Shown here piece after piece: positions 1-11,421 of a stretch of DNA of 64,000 nt. The DNA lies in assembly GCA_963715985.1 (NCBI GenBank), contig CAVQSP010000011.1:448001-512000 (forward strand). Direction: 5' to 3'. The notes under the pieces are model-generated. The model did no database searches. It was not told the origin of the DNA and worked only from the letters and a program-made list of their open reading frames with translations. A program made the translations under genes and the position numbers. Position 1 is the first letter of the stretch; every line of letters starts with the position of its first letter. This DNA comes from an uncultured Thermoleophilia bacterium. Lineage in GTDB: Bacteria > Actinomycetota > Thermoleophilia > UBA2241.

Positions 1-164
1 CACCAACCAGATCCTCCAGCTCGGCTACCTCAAGTGGCGTGCGAAGGGCGGCAAGAAGGTCGTCATGGTCGGCACAGCCCGGCTGGGAGGGCGGGGTCGC
101 CTACGTCTTCCCGCCCGACGAGGCAGCCAAGGACAAGATGGTGAAGCAGTTCCTCGGCGAGTGA
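1..164 (+). CDS. 3' end of a protein, possibly LCP (LytR-CpsA-Psr) family; apparent frameshift near 75
   Basis: Frame 2 reads TNQILQLGYLKWRAKGGKKVVMVGT, then a shifted frame reads PGWEGGVAYVFPPDEAAKDKMVKQFLGE* (TGA 162-164). The LCP resemblance is by eye only. Confidence 0.45.
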   Translation, partial: PTRSSSSATSSGVRRAARRSSWSAQPGWEGGVAYVFPPDEAAKDKMVKQFLGE

Positions 165-219
165 TGCCGTGGCGCGGCGCCGCGCACTCGCGGGCGCGCC
201 CGAGCGGTCGCGGCGCTGC

Positions 220-1203
220 TCAGTACTCCACCGCGACGAGCGCCAGACCGCGAGCCGGCGCCGTCTGACCCGCGCGCCGGCGCTCCCCGCTCGCCAGCGC
301 TGCCGCGAACTCGTCGACCGACATCCTGCCTTGGGCCACGTCCACCATCGAGCCCACGGCCACGCGGACCATGTTGTGCAGGAAGCTGCCGGCGCGGATG
401 GTGAAGACCCACTCGCTCGGGCCGGCCTCGTCCCAGCGCGAGGCGGGATCGGTGGGCAGACGCGACGTGGCGCCCGCCCGATGGTAGGCAGCAGCGCCCG
501 GCTGCACCTGCCCAGCGGAGTCTGACCGCACGTGCCCAGCGGCGTCTGAGTGTCCCGGCGACGCCGGGCCGGGCTGCCCGCCCTCCGCCGGCGCCCAGAC
601 GGCGCTGTACACCTCACGCACGCAGCTGTGATAGAGCCGGGCCGACGGCGTGAGCGCCGCGAAGTCGTGGCGCCCGGGCAGCAGGGCGGCGGCCTCCGCC
701 AGCAGCCCGACGTCGGGCCGGCCGCGCACAGGCCACACGTATGCGCGGTCGCGCACGGGCTTCGCCGGTGACACCCACAGGCGATACTCGTACGTGCGCG
801 CCACAGCCTCGCGGGCCACGAAGCCGGCCGGCGCCGGTTCCGCGCTCATCACACCGATGTCGGGGGGCAGCACGGCGTTCAGCGACCTCCGCAGCCGTTG
901 CGGGGGGAGGTCCGCGCGCGCACAGGTGAAGGAGGCCACCTGCGCCCAGGCGTGCACCCCGGCGTCGGTGCGCCCGGCCACGCTCAGGCGGACGGGCTCG
1001 CGCAGAACCATGGCGAGCGCCTCCTCGATGGTGCCCTGGACGGTCCGCTCTCCGGGCTGGCACGCCCAGCCGCGGTAGGCCGTGCCCTCATAGGCGAGGT
1101 CGAGACGCCAGACTGAGCGCTCGCCGGGCACGGCAGGTTCGGCCCCGATGGGTGCCTCATCGCGGGGCAGCGCCCCCGTCTCCGTGCCGCCGATGCCGCT
1201 CAC
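220..1203 (-). CDS. truA: tRNA pseudouridine(38-40) synthase TruA
   Basis: Motifs LAYEGTAYRGW, AGRTDAGVHA, FLHNMVR and TAPARGL; usual position after ecfT. Has a ~55-aa insertion. Confidence 0.95.
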   Translation of the reverse strand: MSGIGGTETGALPRDEAPIGAEPAVPGERSVWRLDLAYEGTAYRGWACQPGERTVQGTIEEALAMVLREPVRLSVAGRTDAGVHAWAQVASFTCARADLPPQRLRRSLNAVLPPDIGVMSAEPAPAGFVAREAVARTYEYRLWVSPAKPVRDRAYVWPVRGRPDVGLLAEAAALLPGRHDFAALTPSARLYHSCVREVYSAVWAPAEGGQPGPASPGHSDAAGHVRSDSAGQVQPGAAAYHRAGATSRLPTDPASRWDEAGPSEWVFTIRAGSFLHNMVRVAVGSMVDVAQGRMSVDEFAAALASGERRRAGQTAPARGLALVAVEY

Positions 1204-1212
1204 TGACGCATC

Positions 1213-1995
1213 CTACAGGAGCAGCCCGGCGGCGATGACGGCGGCCGTGAGCGCGAGCAGGACGGCGTCCGCCGGCCGAGCTCGCAGCGGATACAGGCGC
1301 GTGCGGAGCACACCGGGGCGGTAGCAGCGCGCCTCCATGGCCAGCGCCAGCTCATCTGCGCGGCGGAAGCTCAGCACGAACAGGGGGACGAGCACAGGCA
1401 CCAGGGCGCGGGCGCGCGTGACGAGCCCCCCGCTGCGAAAGTCGGCGCCGCGCGCCCGCTGCGCCCGCATGATGGTGTCCAGCTCGACCAGCAGCGTGGG
1501 GATGAAGCGCAGGGCGATGGTGACCATGAGCGCGAGCTCGTCGGTGGGCACGTGCAGGCGCCGCAACGGCCTGCCCAGCCAGGCGAGGCCGTCGGTGAGC
1601 GCGATGGGCGGCGTGGTCAGGGTGAGCACTGAGCCGATCAGCACGAGGACGACCAGGCGCAGGCTGAGATAGGTGGCGAACTCGAGGCCCTGCCACGAGA
1701 GGTGGATGAAGCCCACGCTGAAGAAGGGCTCGCCGGGAGCGAACAGCACCTGGAAGAAGAACGTGAGCCCGACCAGCCAGAGGAGCGGACGGAAGGCGCG
1801 CCAGAACCACGCCGCCGGCACCCCGCTGATGGCGTAGGCGAGGATGGCGGCGGCGGCGTACACAGCGAGCGTGATGAACGAGTCACGCACGAAGAGAGCG
1901 ATGGCGAACGCGGTCACGGCCACGAACTTGCTGCGGGGGTCCAGCCGGTGGATGACCGACGTGCCGGGGTAGTACTGCGCGATCGTCGCCTTCAC
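1213..1995 (-). CDS. ecfT: ECF transporter transmembrane component T
   Basis: QYYPGTSVIHRLDPRSK, IALRFIPTL, AQRARG and AMEARCY motifs; the GTG start overlaps the ecfA2 stop. Confidence 0.93.
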   Translation of the reverse strand: MKATIAQYYPGTSVIHRLDPRSKFVAVTAFAIALFVRDSFITLAVYAAAAILAYAISGVPAAWFWRAFRPLLWLVGLTFFFQVLFAPGEPFFSVGFIHLSWQGLEFATYLSLRLVVLVLIGSVLTLTTPPIALTDGLAWLGRPLRRLHVPTDELALMVTIALRFIPTLLVELDTIMRAQRARGADFRSGGLVTRARALVPVLVPLFVLSFRRADELALAMEARCYRPGVLRTRLYPLRARPADAVLLALTAAVIAAGLLL

Positions 1996-2819
1996 GCCAG
2001 AGCCTCCGCGGCATCGTCCGCGGTCCGCGGCGCCGCCGCAGGGTCGCGGCCGAGCCGCCGCCACAGCTGGACGTAGAACGGCTCGCGCAGGCGGCCTTCG
2101 GCGGAGAGCCCGCCGGAGGCGCCGAAGTCCCACGCCCCGGAGGCGACCACCTCGCCGCCGCTGAGAACCAGGTGCTCGTCACACAGCGTCCAGGCGAGGT
2201 CCACGTCGTGCGTCGCGAGGACCAGCGTCACCCCAGCGGCCTTGAGGCGCGAGAGGATGCCCACGAGCTCGCGCCGGGTGCGGGGGTCGAGGCTGACGAA
2301 CGGCTCGTCGAGCAGCAGGAGGCGGGGACGCATGGCGAGCACCCCGGCCAGGGCCAGACGCCGCTGCTCGCCCCCGGACAGAGCGTAGGGGTGCCGGTCG
2401 GCGAACTCGGACGGAGGAAGCCCCACCAGCTCGAGCGCCTCGTCGACGGCGGCGACGACCTGCTCGTCGGTCCAGCCGAGGCGCCGGGGCCCGAAGGCCA
2501 CATCCTCGCGGGCCGAGGCGGCGAACAGCTGCAGCTCGGCCCTCTGGAAAACGAGGCCCGCCTGCCGCTGCGCCGCGGCGTAGAGGGCGTCGTCCGGGCC
2601 GGCGCCGTCGAGCACCACCGCGCCGGCCTCGGGGTCATCCAGCCCGCGGACGACCTGCAGCAACGTCGACTTGCCCGCCCCGGAAGCGCCGAGCAGCGCC
2701 AGAGAACCGCCGGCGCGCAGACTGAACGACACCTCACGCAAGGCCGGTATCGGGACGCCGGCCTCGCGGTAGCTGAAGGACACCCCGGCGCAGACCAGGC
2801 TCATGCCCGTCGCGGTCAT
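1992..2819 (-). CDS. ecfA2: ECF transporter ATPase A2
   Basis: Walker A GASGAGKST, QLFAASAREDVAFGP, LSGGEQRR, LLLLDEP. Confidence 0.9.
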   Translation of the reverse strand: MTATGMSLVCAGVSFSYREAGVPIPALREVSFSLRAGGSLALLGASGAGKSTLLQVVRGLDDPEAGAVVLDGAGPDDALYAAAQRQAGLVFQRAELQLFAASAREDVAFGPRRLGWTDEQVVAAVDEALELVGLPPSEFADRHPYALSGGEQRRLALAGVLAMRPRLLLLDEPFVSLDPRTRRELVGILSRLKAAGVTLVLATHDVDLAWTLCDEHLVLSGGEVVASGAWDFGASGGLSAEGRLREPFYVQLWRRLGRDPAAAPRTADDAAEALA

Positions 2820-3667
2820 GCGGCACCTTCCAGCGCCGCCACCAGCTCGTCCAGCGTCAGCGGCGGGCCGGCGAGCTCCACGCGGCGCTCAGCGAGCGCC
2901 AGGGCCAGCTCGCCGGCGGCCGGCAGGCCGAGCCCGAGGCGGCGCACGAGGTCATGATCGCCGAAGAGGTCGCGGACGCCACCGGTGTACGTGTGCGTGC
3001 CGTGCTCGAGCGCGACGACCCGGTCCGCGTCTGTGACCTCGTCCATCTCCTGCGTCACATACACCACTGTGAGGCCCTCGCCGTGCAGCTCGCGCACGGC
3101 CGCGAGGACCTCCTGCCTGCCTGCAGGATCGAGCATGGCGGTCGGCTCGTCCAGCACGAGGATCCGACGCGGCACGGCCAGCACCCCGGCCAGCGCGGTG
3201 CGCTGCTTCTGGCCGCCGGAGAGGAGGTGCGGCTCGCGTCGTCGCAGGTCGCCCAGCCCGAAGCGCGCCAGCATCTCGTCGACGCGCTCGCGGATGCGCC
3301 CCGGCGGCCAGGCCAGGTTCTCGAGGCCGAAGGCGATGTCCTCCTCCACGCACTGGGCCACGAGCTGGTTCTCCGGGTCCTGGAACAGAACGCCGACATC
3401 CTGCCGCGCAGACAGCCTGCCGGGCTCGGTGAGGAGGTCGTGACCGCAGGCCACCGCGTGCCGCGCGGCGGTGGGCCGCTCCAGGCCGCCGAGGAGACGG
3501 GCGAGCGTGGACTTCCCCGAGCCGTTGGCGCCCACGACGGCGACGAACTCGCCGACCGCCAGCTCGAGGTCCACGTCGGACAGAGCGTCGCCTTGAGCGC
3601 CCGGGTAGCGAAAACGAAGCCCGGAGACGGAGAGGACGGCGGGGGTCTGAGGTGCAGGCGCGCTCAT
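2816..3667 (-). CDS. ecfA1: ECF transporter ATPase A1
   Basis: GANGSGKST, FQDPENQLV, EPHLLSGGQKQR, DEPTAMLDP. Confidence 0.92.
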   Translation of the reverse strand: MSAPAPQTPAVLSVSGLRFRYPGAQGDALSDVDLELAVGEFVAVVGANGSGKSTLARLLGGLERPTAARHAVACGHDLLTEPGRLSARQDVGVLFQDPENQLVAQCVEEDIAFGLENLAWPPGRIRERVDEMLARFGLGDLRRREPHLLSGGQKQRTALAGVLAVPRRILVLDEPTAMLDPAGRQEVLAAVRELHGEGLTVVYVTQEMDEVTDADRVVALEHGTHTYTGGVRDLFGDHDLVRRLGLGLPAAGELALALAERRVELAGPPLTLDELVAALEGAA

Positions 3668-3738
3668 CGCGGCCGAAGCTTACCGCATGCGCCCGTGCGC
3701 CCGGCTCAGGGCGCCGCGGGCCCTGGGCCCGTACGCGG

Positions 3739-3774
3739 CGAGGGGCGGGAGGCCCTTCGGCCTCCCGCCCCTCG
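3739..3774 (-). terminator. GC-rich hairpin downstream of rplQ
   Basis: Inverted repeat CGAGGGGCGGGAGGCC-cttc-GGCCTCCCGCCCCTCG; no clear U-tract. Confidence 0.6.
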
Positions 3775-3795
3775 CGCGAAAGTCACAGGCTGAGC

Positions 3796-4146
3796 CTAGA
3801 CCAGCTCGATGTAGGCCTGCTCGCTGCCGTCGCCGGGACGCGGTCCGAGCTTGATGATGCGCGTGTACCCGCCGTTGCGGTCCTTGTAGCGCGGGGCCAC
3901 ATCGTTGAACAGCTTGTACACGATCTTCTTGTTGCGCAGCATGGCGATGGCCTGCCGGCGCGCGTGCAGGTCGCCGCGCTTACCCAGCGTGATGACCTCT
4001 TCGACCATGGGGCGGACCTCTTTGGCACGCGCCACGCCGGTCTTGATCTTCTCGTGCTCGAGCACCTGGCAGGCGAGTCCCGACAGCAGCGACCGGCGCT
4101 GGTCGGGGGCCATGTTGAACTTGCGGCCTGACTTCTGATGGCGCAT
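3796..4146 (-). CDS. rplQ: 50S ribosomal protein L17
   Basis: MRHQKSGRKF...RNGGYTRIIKLGPRPGDG; ATG at 4146. Confidence 0.97.
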   Translation of the reverse strand: MRHQKSGRKFNMAPDQRRSLLSGLACQVLEHEKIKTGVARAKEVRPMVEEVITLGKRGDLHARRQAIAMLRNKKIVYKLFNDVAPRYKDRNGGYTRIIKLGPRPGDGSEQAYIELV

Positions 4147-4147
4147 G

Positions 4148-5095
4148 TTACTCGTCACCCCGCAGAGAGAGGCCCCGCTCGGCAAGCTTGTCCTTGACCT
4201 CGTCGATGCTCTTCTTGCCGAAGTTCGGGATGTTGAGCAGCTCGGCCTCGGTCTTTGAGACCAGGTCGCCGACGGTCTGGATTCCCTCGCGCTTGAGGCA
4301 ATTGTAGGAACGGACGCCGAACTCGAGCTCTTCGATGAGCACGTCGTCCATGCCGCCGCCCGCAGGCGCCGCGGTGAGACCCTCGATGGGGTACTCATCC
4401 GTGGAGCGCGTACGGTCGGGGTCGGTGAAGATCGACATCCGGTCGACGAGGATCTCGGCGGCCTCACGCAGCGCCTCTTCGGGCATGAGGGCGCCGTTGG
4501 TGGTGATGTCGAGGATGAGCTTGTCGTAGTCGGTGCGCTGGCCCACGCGGGCGCTCTCGACGTGATACGAGACGCGCTTGACGGGGCTGAAGATGGAGTC
4601 TATCGGGATGACCCCGATGACCATCTCCGCGGTCTTGTTGCCCTCGGCCGGCACATAACCGGTGCCGCGCCGCACGGTGAGCATCATCTCGATGACGCCG
4701 CCGTCGGAAAGCGTGGCGATGTGGTGGTCCGGATTGAGGATCTCGAGCTCGGCGGGGATGTCGATGTCGGCAGCCACCACTTTGCCCGGCTTGTCCTTGT
4801 ACAGGCGCACCTGCACCTCGTCCAGCTCGCCGTGCAGACGGCAGACGAGCTCCTTGAGGTTCAGGATGATGTCGGTGACGTCTTCTTTGACGCCCTTGAT
4901 GGTGGTGAACTCGTGAGCGACGCCCTCGATCTTGACGGAGCTCACGGCAGCGCCCTCAAGGGACGAGAGCAGCACCCGCCGCAGCGCGTTGCCGAAGGTG
5001 TGCCCGAACCCGCGATCGAGGGGTTCCACCTCGAAGCGCGCGCGGTTACCTGCGAGCTGTTCGCGCGTGATGTTGGGCATCTGGAACTGGAGCAA
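4148..5095 (-). CDS. rpoA: RNA polymerase alpha subunit
   Basis: [22 protein letters not shown] and alpha-[15 protein letters not shown]. Confidence 0.98.
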   Translation of the reverse strand: MLQFQMPNITREQLAGNRARFEVEPLDRGFGHTFGNALRRVLLSSLEGAAVSSVKIEGVAHEFTTIKGVKEDVTDIILNLKELVCRLHGELDEVQVRLYKDKPGKVVAADIDIPAELEILNPDHHIATLSDGGVIEMMLTVRRGTGYVPAEGNKTAEMVIGVIPIDSIFSPVKRVSYHVESARVGQRTDYDKLILDITTNGALMPEEALREAAEILVDRMSIFTDPDRTRSTDEYPIEGLTAAPAGGGMDDVLIEELEFGVRSYNCLKREGIQTVGDLVSKTEAELLNIPNFGKKSIDEVKDKLAERGLSLRGDE

Positions 5096-5137
5096 CTGGC
5101 CTCCTATAGGGTCTTCGCCGCGGGTCAGCTGCAGCGG

Positions 5138-5758
5138 TTACTTCGAGTAAAGCTCGACGATGAGCTGTTCCTGCACCGGGGTGTCGATCTCGTCGCGCGT
5201 CGGAGCGCGGAGGATCTTGCCGGTCAGGTTGTCGTGATCGACCAGAAGCCAGGGCGCGACCGACGACGTGAGGTCGGTGGCAGCGCGCACCGTCTCGACG
5301 GCCTTGCTGTTGGAGCGCACGGAGACGACGTCGTCCGGACGGACCTGGTACGACGGGATGTCCACCTTCTTGCCGTTGACCATGAAATGCGCGTGGCGCA
5401 CGAGCTGGCGGGCCTGACGGCGCGAAGCGCCGAAGCCCAGCCTGTACACCACGTTGTCGAGCCTCATTTCGAGGAGGCACAGCAGGTTCTCACCGGTGAT
5501 GCCCTGTTTGCGGCTGGCGACCTCGTAGTAATGGTGGAACTGCTTCTCGAGGACCTGGTAGTAGCGCCGCGCCTTCTGCTTCTCACGGAGCTGCAGAAGG
5601 TATTCTGACTGCTTGATGCGGCCGCGGCCGTGCTCGCCCGGCGGGTACGAACGCCGTTCGACGGCGCACTTGTCGGTAAGGCAGCGCTCCCCCTTCAGGA
5701 AGAGCTTCTCGGCCTCACGACGGCACTGCTTGCACTGGGCTGACGTATCTCTCGCCAC
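5138..5758 (-). CDS. rpsD: 30S ribosomal protein S4 (Zn-ribbon type)
   Basis: [15 protein letters not shown]; [13 protein letters not shown]; IVELYSK. Confidence 0.98.
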   Translation of the reverse strand: MARDTSAQCKQCRREAEKLFLKGERCLTDKCAVERRSYPPGEHGRGRIKQSEYLLQLREKQKARRYYQVLEKQFHHYYEVASRKQGITGENLLCLLEMRLDNVVYRLGFGASRRQARQLVRHAHFMVNGKKVDIPSYQVRPDDVVSVRSNSKAVETVRAATDLTSSVAPWLLVDHDNLTGKILRAPTRDEIDTPVQEQLIVELYSK

Positions 5759-5768
5759 GTGGACCTTC

Positions 5769-6167
5769 CTAGACCCGACGACGCTTGCGGGGACGGCACC
5801 CGTTGTGCGGCACCGGCGTCACGTCTTTGACACTGATGATCTCGAGGCCGGCGGCCTGCAGCGAACGCACTGCAGTCTCGCGGCCCGAGCCCGGACCGCG
5901 CACGAAGACCTCCACCTTCTGAAGGCCGTGCTCCATGCCCTTCTTGGCACAGGACTCGGCCGTGACCTGGGCGGCGAACGGGGTGCTCTTGCGGGAGCCC
6001 TTGAAGCCCACCGACCCGGCGCTCTCCCACGCGATGACGTTGCCCTCTTTGTCCGTGAGGGTCACGAGCGTATTGTTGAACGACGTCTTGATGTGCGCCT
6101 GACCGACCGCGATGTTCTTGCGGATCTTGCGACGCTGACGCCCCTTGGCTCTCTGCGGCTTAGCCAC
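5769..6167 (-). CDS. rpsK: 30S ribosomal protein S11
   Basis: [14 protein letters not shown]; [12 protein letters not shown]. Confidence 0.98.
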   Translation of the reverse strand: MAKPQRAKGRQRRKIRKNIAVGQAHIKTSFNNTLVTLTDKEGNVIAWESAGSVGFKGSRKSTPFAAQVTAESCAKKGMEHGLQKVEVFVRGPGSGRETAVRSLQAAGLEIISVKDVTPVPHNGCRPRKRRRV

Positions 6168-6197
6168 TCTGCTCTACTCCTCCCGCCTCTGTCGCGG

Positions 6198-6569
6198 TCA
6201 CTTCTTGCGCTTGCCGCTGATGGTCCGCTTGGGACCCTTGCGGCTGCGGGCGTTGGTGCGCGTGCGCTGCCCGTTCACGGGCATACCGCGACGGTGGCGG
6301 ATGCCTCTGTAACAACCGATGTCCATGAGCCGCTTGATGTTCTGCGAACGCTCACGCCGCAGGTCGCCCTCGACCGTGACTTCGCGGTCGATGGTCTCAC
6401 GCAGGCGCACGATCTCCTCTTCGGTGAGGTCGCGGACCTTGGTGTTGGGATCGATGCCCACCAGAGCCAGCACCTTGTTGGACGTGGAACGCCCGATGCC
6501 GTAGATGTACGTGAGCCCGATCTCGACCCGCTTCTGCGGCGGGATGTTGACGCCTGCGATACGTGCCAT
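6198..6569 (-). CDS. rpsM: 30S ribosomal protein S13
   Basis: [10 protein letters not shown]; [24 protein letters not shown]. Confidence 0.98.
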   Translation of the reverse strand: MARIAGVNIPPQKRVEIGLTYIYGIGRSTSNKVLALVGIDPNTKVRDLTEEEIVRLRETIDREVTVEGDLRRERSQNIKRLMDIGCYRGIRHRRGMPVNGQRTRTNARSRKGPKRTISGKRKK

Positions 6570-6575
6570 GCGGAC

Positions 6576-6689
6576 TTACCCCTGCCTCTGACGATGTCGC
6601 GGATTGGCGCAGATCACCTGGACCGTGCCGTGACGCCGGATGATCTTGCACTTCTCGCACATCGGCTTGACTGATGCTCTTACCTTCAT
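6576..6689 (-). CDS. rpmJ: 50S ribosomal protein L36 (not in the ORF track)
   Basis: Manual translation: [37 protein letters not shown]. Confidence 0.97.
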   Translation of the reverse strand: MKVRASVKPMCEKCKIIRRHGTVQVICANPRHRQRQG

Positions 6690-6758
6690 GGTGATCCTCG
6701 CTCGAGCGCGCGGCGCGCCAACGGCCGCCGCACCCCGCCTCCGGGCGACCTGCGGCCG

Positions 6759-6980
6759 CTACTTGAACCGGTACGTGATCCTGCCTCTGCTGAGGTCGTA
6801 GGGCGAAAGCTCGACCTTGACCCGGTCTCCGGGAAGGATGCGGATGTAGTTCATGCGCATCTTGCCGGAGATATGGGCGAGCACTTCGTGGTTGTTGTCG
6901 AGGTGCACCCGGAACATCGTGTTGGGCAGAGCCTCGACGACCTCGCCTTCTATCTCAATGGCCTCTTCTTTGTTCGCCAT
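6759..6980 (-). CDS. infA: Translation initiation factor IF-1
   Basis: [10 protein letters not shown]; [17 protein letters not shown]. Confidence 0.98.
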   Translation of the reverse strand: MANKEEAIEIEGEVVEALPNTMFRVHLDNNHEVLAHISGKMRMNYIRILPGDRVKVELSPYDLSRGRITYRFK

Positions 6981-7057
6981 ACTCCCTACTCGTCGTCAGA
7001 CAGCGGCCTGATATGCTACCACATTACGGTCAAGCCACAAAACACAGCGCCGGTGCA

Positions 7058-7825
7058 TCATGCACCACGCTGTTCCGAGCCCCGGCGCGTGAGCACCTTC
7101 GGCTTCTTCCTGCCCACGGCGACCGTGTGTTCGAAGTGCGCCGAGAGCGAGCCGTCGACGGTGGAGATGCTCCAGCCGTCGTCGGCGACGAACACCTCAT
7201 GCCCGCCGGCGTTGACCATAGGCTCGATGGCGAACACCATGCCCTCCTCGAGCCGCGGCCCCCGATCCGGGTCCCCGTAGTTCGGGATCTGCGGGTCTTC
7301 GTGCATCTCTTTGCCCACGCCGTGCCCGACCAGCGAACGCACGACGCTGAACCCGGCCGCTTCCACGACCTCCTGCACGGCGTGCGACACATCGCCCAGG
7401 CGGCGGCCCTCGTGACACTCGGCCAAGGCTGCTTCCAGAGACTCGGCCGTGACGTCGAGCAGGCGCTGCGCCTCCGGCTCCACGGTGCCGATGGGCAGCG
7501 TGATGGCCGAGTCGGCCACGTAGCCGTCGAGAGTGACGCCTACGTCGATGCTGATCACGTCGCCTTCACTCACCCGGTACTTGCCCGGGATCCCATGAAC
7601 GACCATGTCGTTGGGCGAGACACAGATGGAGGCGGGAAAACCACGGTACCCGAGGAACGTCGGCACCCCGCCCCGCTCCCTGATCAGACGCTCGGCGAGG
7701 CGGTCGAGCTCAGCCGTCGTGACGCCCTGCTTCGTCGCCACAGCCAGCATGTCGAGACACTCCGCGAGGATGTCGCCCGCGGCGTCGATCTTGGCGACCT
7801 CTGCTGCCGACTTGCGGACGATCAC
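7058..7825 (-). CDS. map: Type I methionine aminopeptidase
   Basis: GFPASICVSPNDMVVHGIP; GHGVG..MHEDP; AIEPMVN; SAHFEHT. Confidence 0.97.
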   Translation of the reverse strand: MIVRKSAAEVAKIDAAGDILAECLDMLAVATKQGVTTAELDRLAERLIRERGGVPTFLGYRGFPASICVSPNDMVVHGIPGKYRVSEGDVISIDVGVTLDGYVADSAITLPIGTVEPEAQRLLDVTAESLEAALAECHEGRRLGDVSHAVQEVVEAAGFSVVRSLVGHGVGKEMHEDPQIPNYGDPDRGPRLEEGMVFAIEPMVNAGGHEVFVADDGWSISTVDGSLSAHFEHTVAVGRKKPKVLTRRGSEQRGA

Positions 7826-7831
7826 GCCGTC

Positions 7832-8506
<675 letters not shown>

Positions 8507-9770
8507 CTACTTGAGGAAGCCCTCGTAGTGACGCATGAGCAACTGGGCTTCCATCTGCCGCATGGTGTCGAGCGCGACACCCACCACGATGAGCAGCGAC
8601 GTGCCGCCGAAGTAGAAGGGCACGTTGAGGAACCTGGACATGACCCACGGCAGCACCGCCAGCGCGGCCAGGAACAGGGCGCCGGGCAGCGTGAGCCGCG
8701 TGAGGATGCGGTCCAGGTACTCGGCGGTAGGCCGGCCCGGGCGCACGCCGGGGACGAAGCCGCCGTACTTCTTGAGGTTGTCGGCCTGGTCGATGGGGTT
8801 GAACGTCACGGCCGTATAGAAGTACGTGAAGATGATGATGAGGATGGCCTCGAGGAAGATGAACAGGAACGTGTTCGGCCCGAAGGTGTCGTTGAACCAG
8901 CCGGCGATGCCCCCGGTGCCCAGGAACTGGGTGAACGTGGGGATGATCATCATCATCGACGAGGCGAAGATGACCGGGATGACGCCGGCCATGTTGACCT
9001 TGAGCGGGATGAACGTGCTGGTGCCGCCCATCATGCGCCGGCCCACGACCCTCTTGGCGTACTGCACGGGCACGCGGCGTTCACCGCTGGTGATCCAGAT
9101 GACGCCGACCACCACCGCGAGAGCGATGACGAGGAAGAGCACGATGGTGATGATGCTCATCGTCGAGAGCTTGGCGGCGCCCGAGGGGATGCGTGAGACG
9201 ATGCTGATGAAGATCAGGATGGACATGCCGTTGCCGAGACCGCGGGCGGTGATGAGCTCACCGAGCCACATCACGAACACGGCGCCCGCCACGAGGCTGA
9301 GGGCGATGAGCAGCGCCGCGCCACCAGTTCAGGTCCGGCAGCGCGCTCTGGCTGTTGAACAGGACCAGGTAGCCCAGCGCCTGGACGGTGGAGAGGCCCA
9401 CGGTGAGCCAGCGCGTGTACTTGGTGATCTCCTTCTGGCCCTGCTCGCCCTCCTTGGCGAGCTCCTCGAGCTTGGGGATGACCACGGTGAGCAGCTGCAT
9501 GATGATCGACGCCGTGATGTACGGCATGATGCCGAGCGCGAACAACGCGACACGCGCCAGCGCGCCGCCCGAGAACAGGTCGAGGAAACCGATGACGCCG
9601 GCGCCGCCCTCTTCGAAGAACTTGCGCAGCGCGTCGAGGTCGATACCGGGCACCGGCACGTATGACCCGAACCGGTAGATCGCCACCATCGCCGCCGTGA
9701 AGAGGAGCTTCGTGCGAAGATCCGGGATCTTCCAGGCGTTGACGAGCGACTGCCAGAGCTTGTTGTTCAC
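8507..9770 (-). CDS. secY: Preprotein translocase SecY, split by an apparent frameshift near 9320
   Basis: N-terminal half (FALGIMPYITASII) is in ORF 9258..9836 and C-terminal half (WLGELIT..GLGNG, FGGTSLLIVVGV) is in ORF 8507..9292. Confidence 0.95.
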
Positions 9771-9792
9771 AGCCGCGTTCCTCCCGCGCCGG

Positions 9793-10269
9793 TCAGAGCA
9801 GTTCGGCCGAGCCGCCGGCCGCCTCGATCTTCTCAATGGCGCTGCGCGAGTAGAGCGGCATGCGCACCTTGAGAGCCTTGTCGAGGTCGCCGCCGCCGAG
9901 GATCTTGATGGGCGTACGGGTGTTCTTGACGATGCCCTTGGCCACGAGCGCCTCGGGAGTGACCTCGTCGCCGGCCGCGAAGGACTGCGACAGGCGGCCG
10001 ACGTTGACCGGCACGGCGTACGTGCGGAACGGGCCGATGGGCATGCTCTTCTTCATGTGCGGGCCGCGGAGCTTGCCGAGCCGCATATAGAGCGGCATCT
10101 GGCCGCCCTCGTAGCCCGGGCGCACGCCGCCGCCGGAGCGGGCGTTGTAGCCCTTGTGCCCTTTGCCGGAGGTCTTGCCCTGGCCCGTGCCCTTGCCGCG
10201 CCCGAGACGCTTGGTGTCCTTCGTCGAGCCCGGGTTGGGGCGCAGGTTGTGGAGTCCTAGTTCAGCCAT
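9793..10269 (-). CDS. rplO: 50S ribosomal protein L15
   Basis: RLGRGKGTGQGKTSGKGHKG; YEGGQMPL. Confidence 0.97.
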   Translation of the reverse strand: MAELGLHNLRPNPGSTKDTKRLGRGKGTGQGKTSGKGHKGYNARSGGGVRPGYEGGQMPLYMRLGKLRGPHMKKSMPIGPFRTYAVPVNVGRLSQSFAAGDEVTPEALVAKGIVKNTRTPIKILGGGDLDKALKVRMPLYSRSAIEKIEAAGGSAELL

Positions 10270-10270
10270 A

Positions 10271-10465
10271 TCACGACTTCTTCGCTACCGGGCGCACCTC
10301 GAGGAGGTACGCGACCTTGTTCACCATGCCGCGGATGACGGGGGTGTCCTCGTGCACCACGGTGTGACGGATGCGCTTGAGGCCAAGCGCGCGAAGCGTG
10401 CCTCGGTGACTCGGCAGCCGCCCGATCGAACTCTTGATCTGCGTGATCTCGAGATAGGTCGACAT
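10271..10465 (-). CDS. rpmD: 50S ribosomal protein L30
   Basis: ITQIKSSIG; LRALGLKRI; IRGMVNKV. Confidence 0.96.
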   Translation of the reverse strand: MSTYLEITQIKSSIGRLPSHRGTLRALGLKRIRHTVVHEDTPVIRGMVNKVAYLLEVRPVAKKS

Positions 10466-10470
10466 GCGTG

Positions 10471-11019
10471 TCAGGCCTCCCCGGCGGCCGGCGCCGCTTC
10501 TTCGACCTGGTCCATGCCGAGCACCTTGGCGACGGAGATGCCGCGCAGGCGCGCCTGGCCCTCCGGCGTCTTGAGCGACTGCAGGCCCGCCACGGTGGCG
10601 CGTACCAGGTTGATCGGGTTGGTGGTGCCGAGCGACTTCGTGAGGATGTCGCGGACGCCGGCCAGCTCGAGCACGGCGCGCACGCCGCCGGCGGCGATGA
10701 CGCCGGTACCGGGCGCGGCCGGCTTGAGCAGCACACGCGCCGCGCCGAACCGCCCGATGACCTCGTGCGTGGTGGTGGTGCCGTTGTAGCGCGGCACCGT
10801 GAACAGGTTCTTCTTCGCGTCCTCGATCGCCTTCTGGATCGCCAGCGGCACCTCGCGCGCCTTGCCGTAGCCGGCGCCCACGTGGCCGTTCTCGTCACCG
10901 ACGACGACCAGGGCCGTGAAGGAGAACCGCCGGCCGCCCTTGACGACCTTGGCGACGCGGTTGATGTCGACGACGCGCTCTTTGAGCTCGTTGCCTTCGC
11001 TGAATGATCCTCTAGCCAC
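10471..11019 (-). CDS. rpsE: 30S ribosomal protein S5
   Basis: [24 protein letters not shown]. Confidence 0.98.
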   Translation of the reverse strand: MARGSFSEGNELKERVVDINRVAKVVKGGRRFSFTALVVVGDENGHVGAGYGKAREVPLAIQKAIEDAKKNLFTVPRYNGTTTTHEVIGRFGAARVLLKPAAPGTGVIAAGGVRAVLELAGVRDILTKSLGTTNPINLVRATVAGLQSLKTPEGQARLRGISVAKVLGMDQVEEAAPAAGEA

Positions 11020-11037
11020 GGGGTCCTTTACTCCTTG

Positions 11038-11391
11038 TCAGAAAACCAGGCCGCCCTCGCGGGCGCCCTCGGCGAGGGCCTTGACACGGCCGTGATACAG
11101 ATAGCCGGACCTGTCGAAGACGACCCGTTCGATGCCTTTGTCCTTGGCGCGCTGTGCAAGCAGCTCGCCGACCTTCTTGGCGACCTCGGACTTCTTGAGT
11201 CCTGAGTCCGCCACCTCGTTGGAGCGCGCCGCCGCGAGGGTGGTGGCGGTGGCGTCGTCCACGAGCTGAGCGTAGATAGCCTTGTTCGAGCGGAACACCG
11301 AGACGCGGGGCCGCTCGGGAGTGCCGTGAAGGCGGCCCCGGATGCGGCGCTTGCGCCTGGCGCGTGCTTCTCTGATGCTTGGTGCGCTCAT
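11038..11391 (-). CDS. rplR: 50S ribosomal protein L18
   Basis: [11 protein letters not shown]; [25 protein letters not shown]. Confidence 0.97.
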   Translation of the reverse strand: MSAPSIREARARRKRRIRGRLHGTPERPRVSVFRSNKAIYAQLVDDATATTLAAARSNEVADSGLKKSEVAKKVGELLAQRAKDKGIERVVFDRSGYLYHGRVKALAEGAREGGLVF

Positions 11392-11421
11392 CTTGTTGAC
11401 GTTCCTCTTCTCTCAGGCAGC

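Noticed and set aside
9300-9330. Programmed ribosomal frameshift in secY
   Set aside because: No slippery heptamer is evident, and the many similar indels elsewhere favour a sequencing error.
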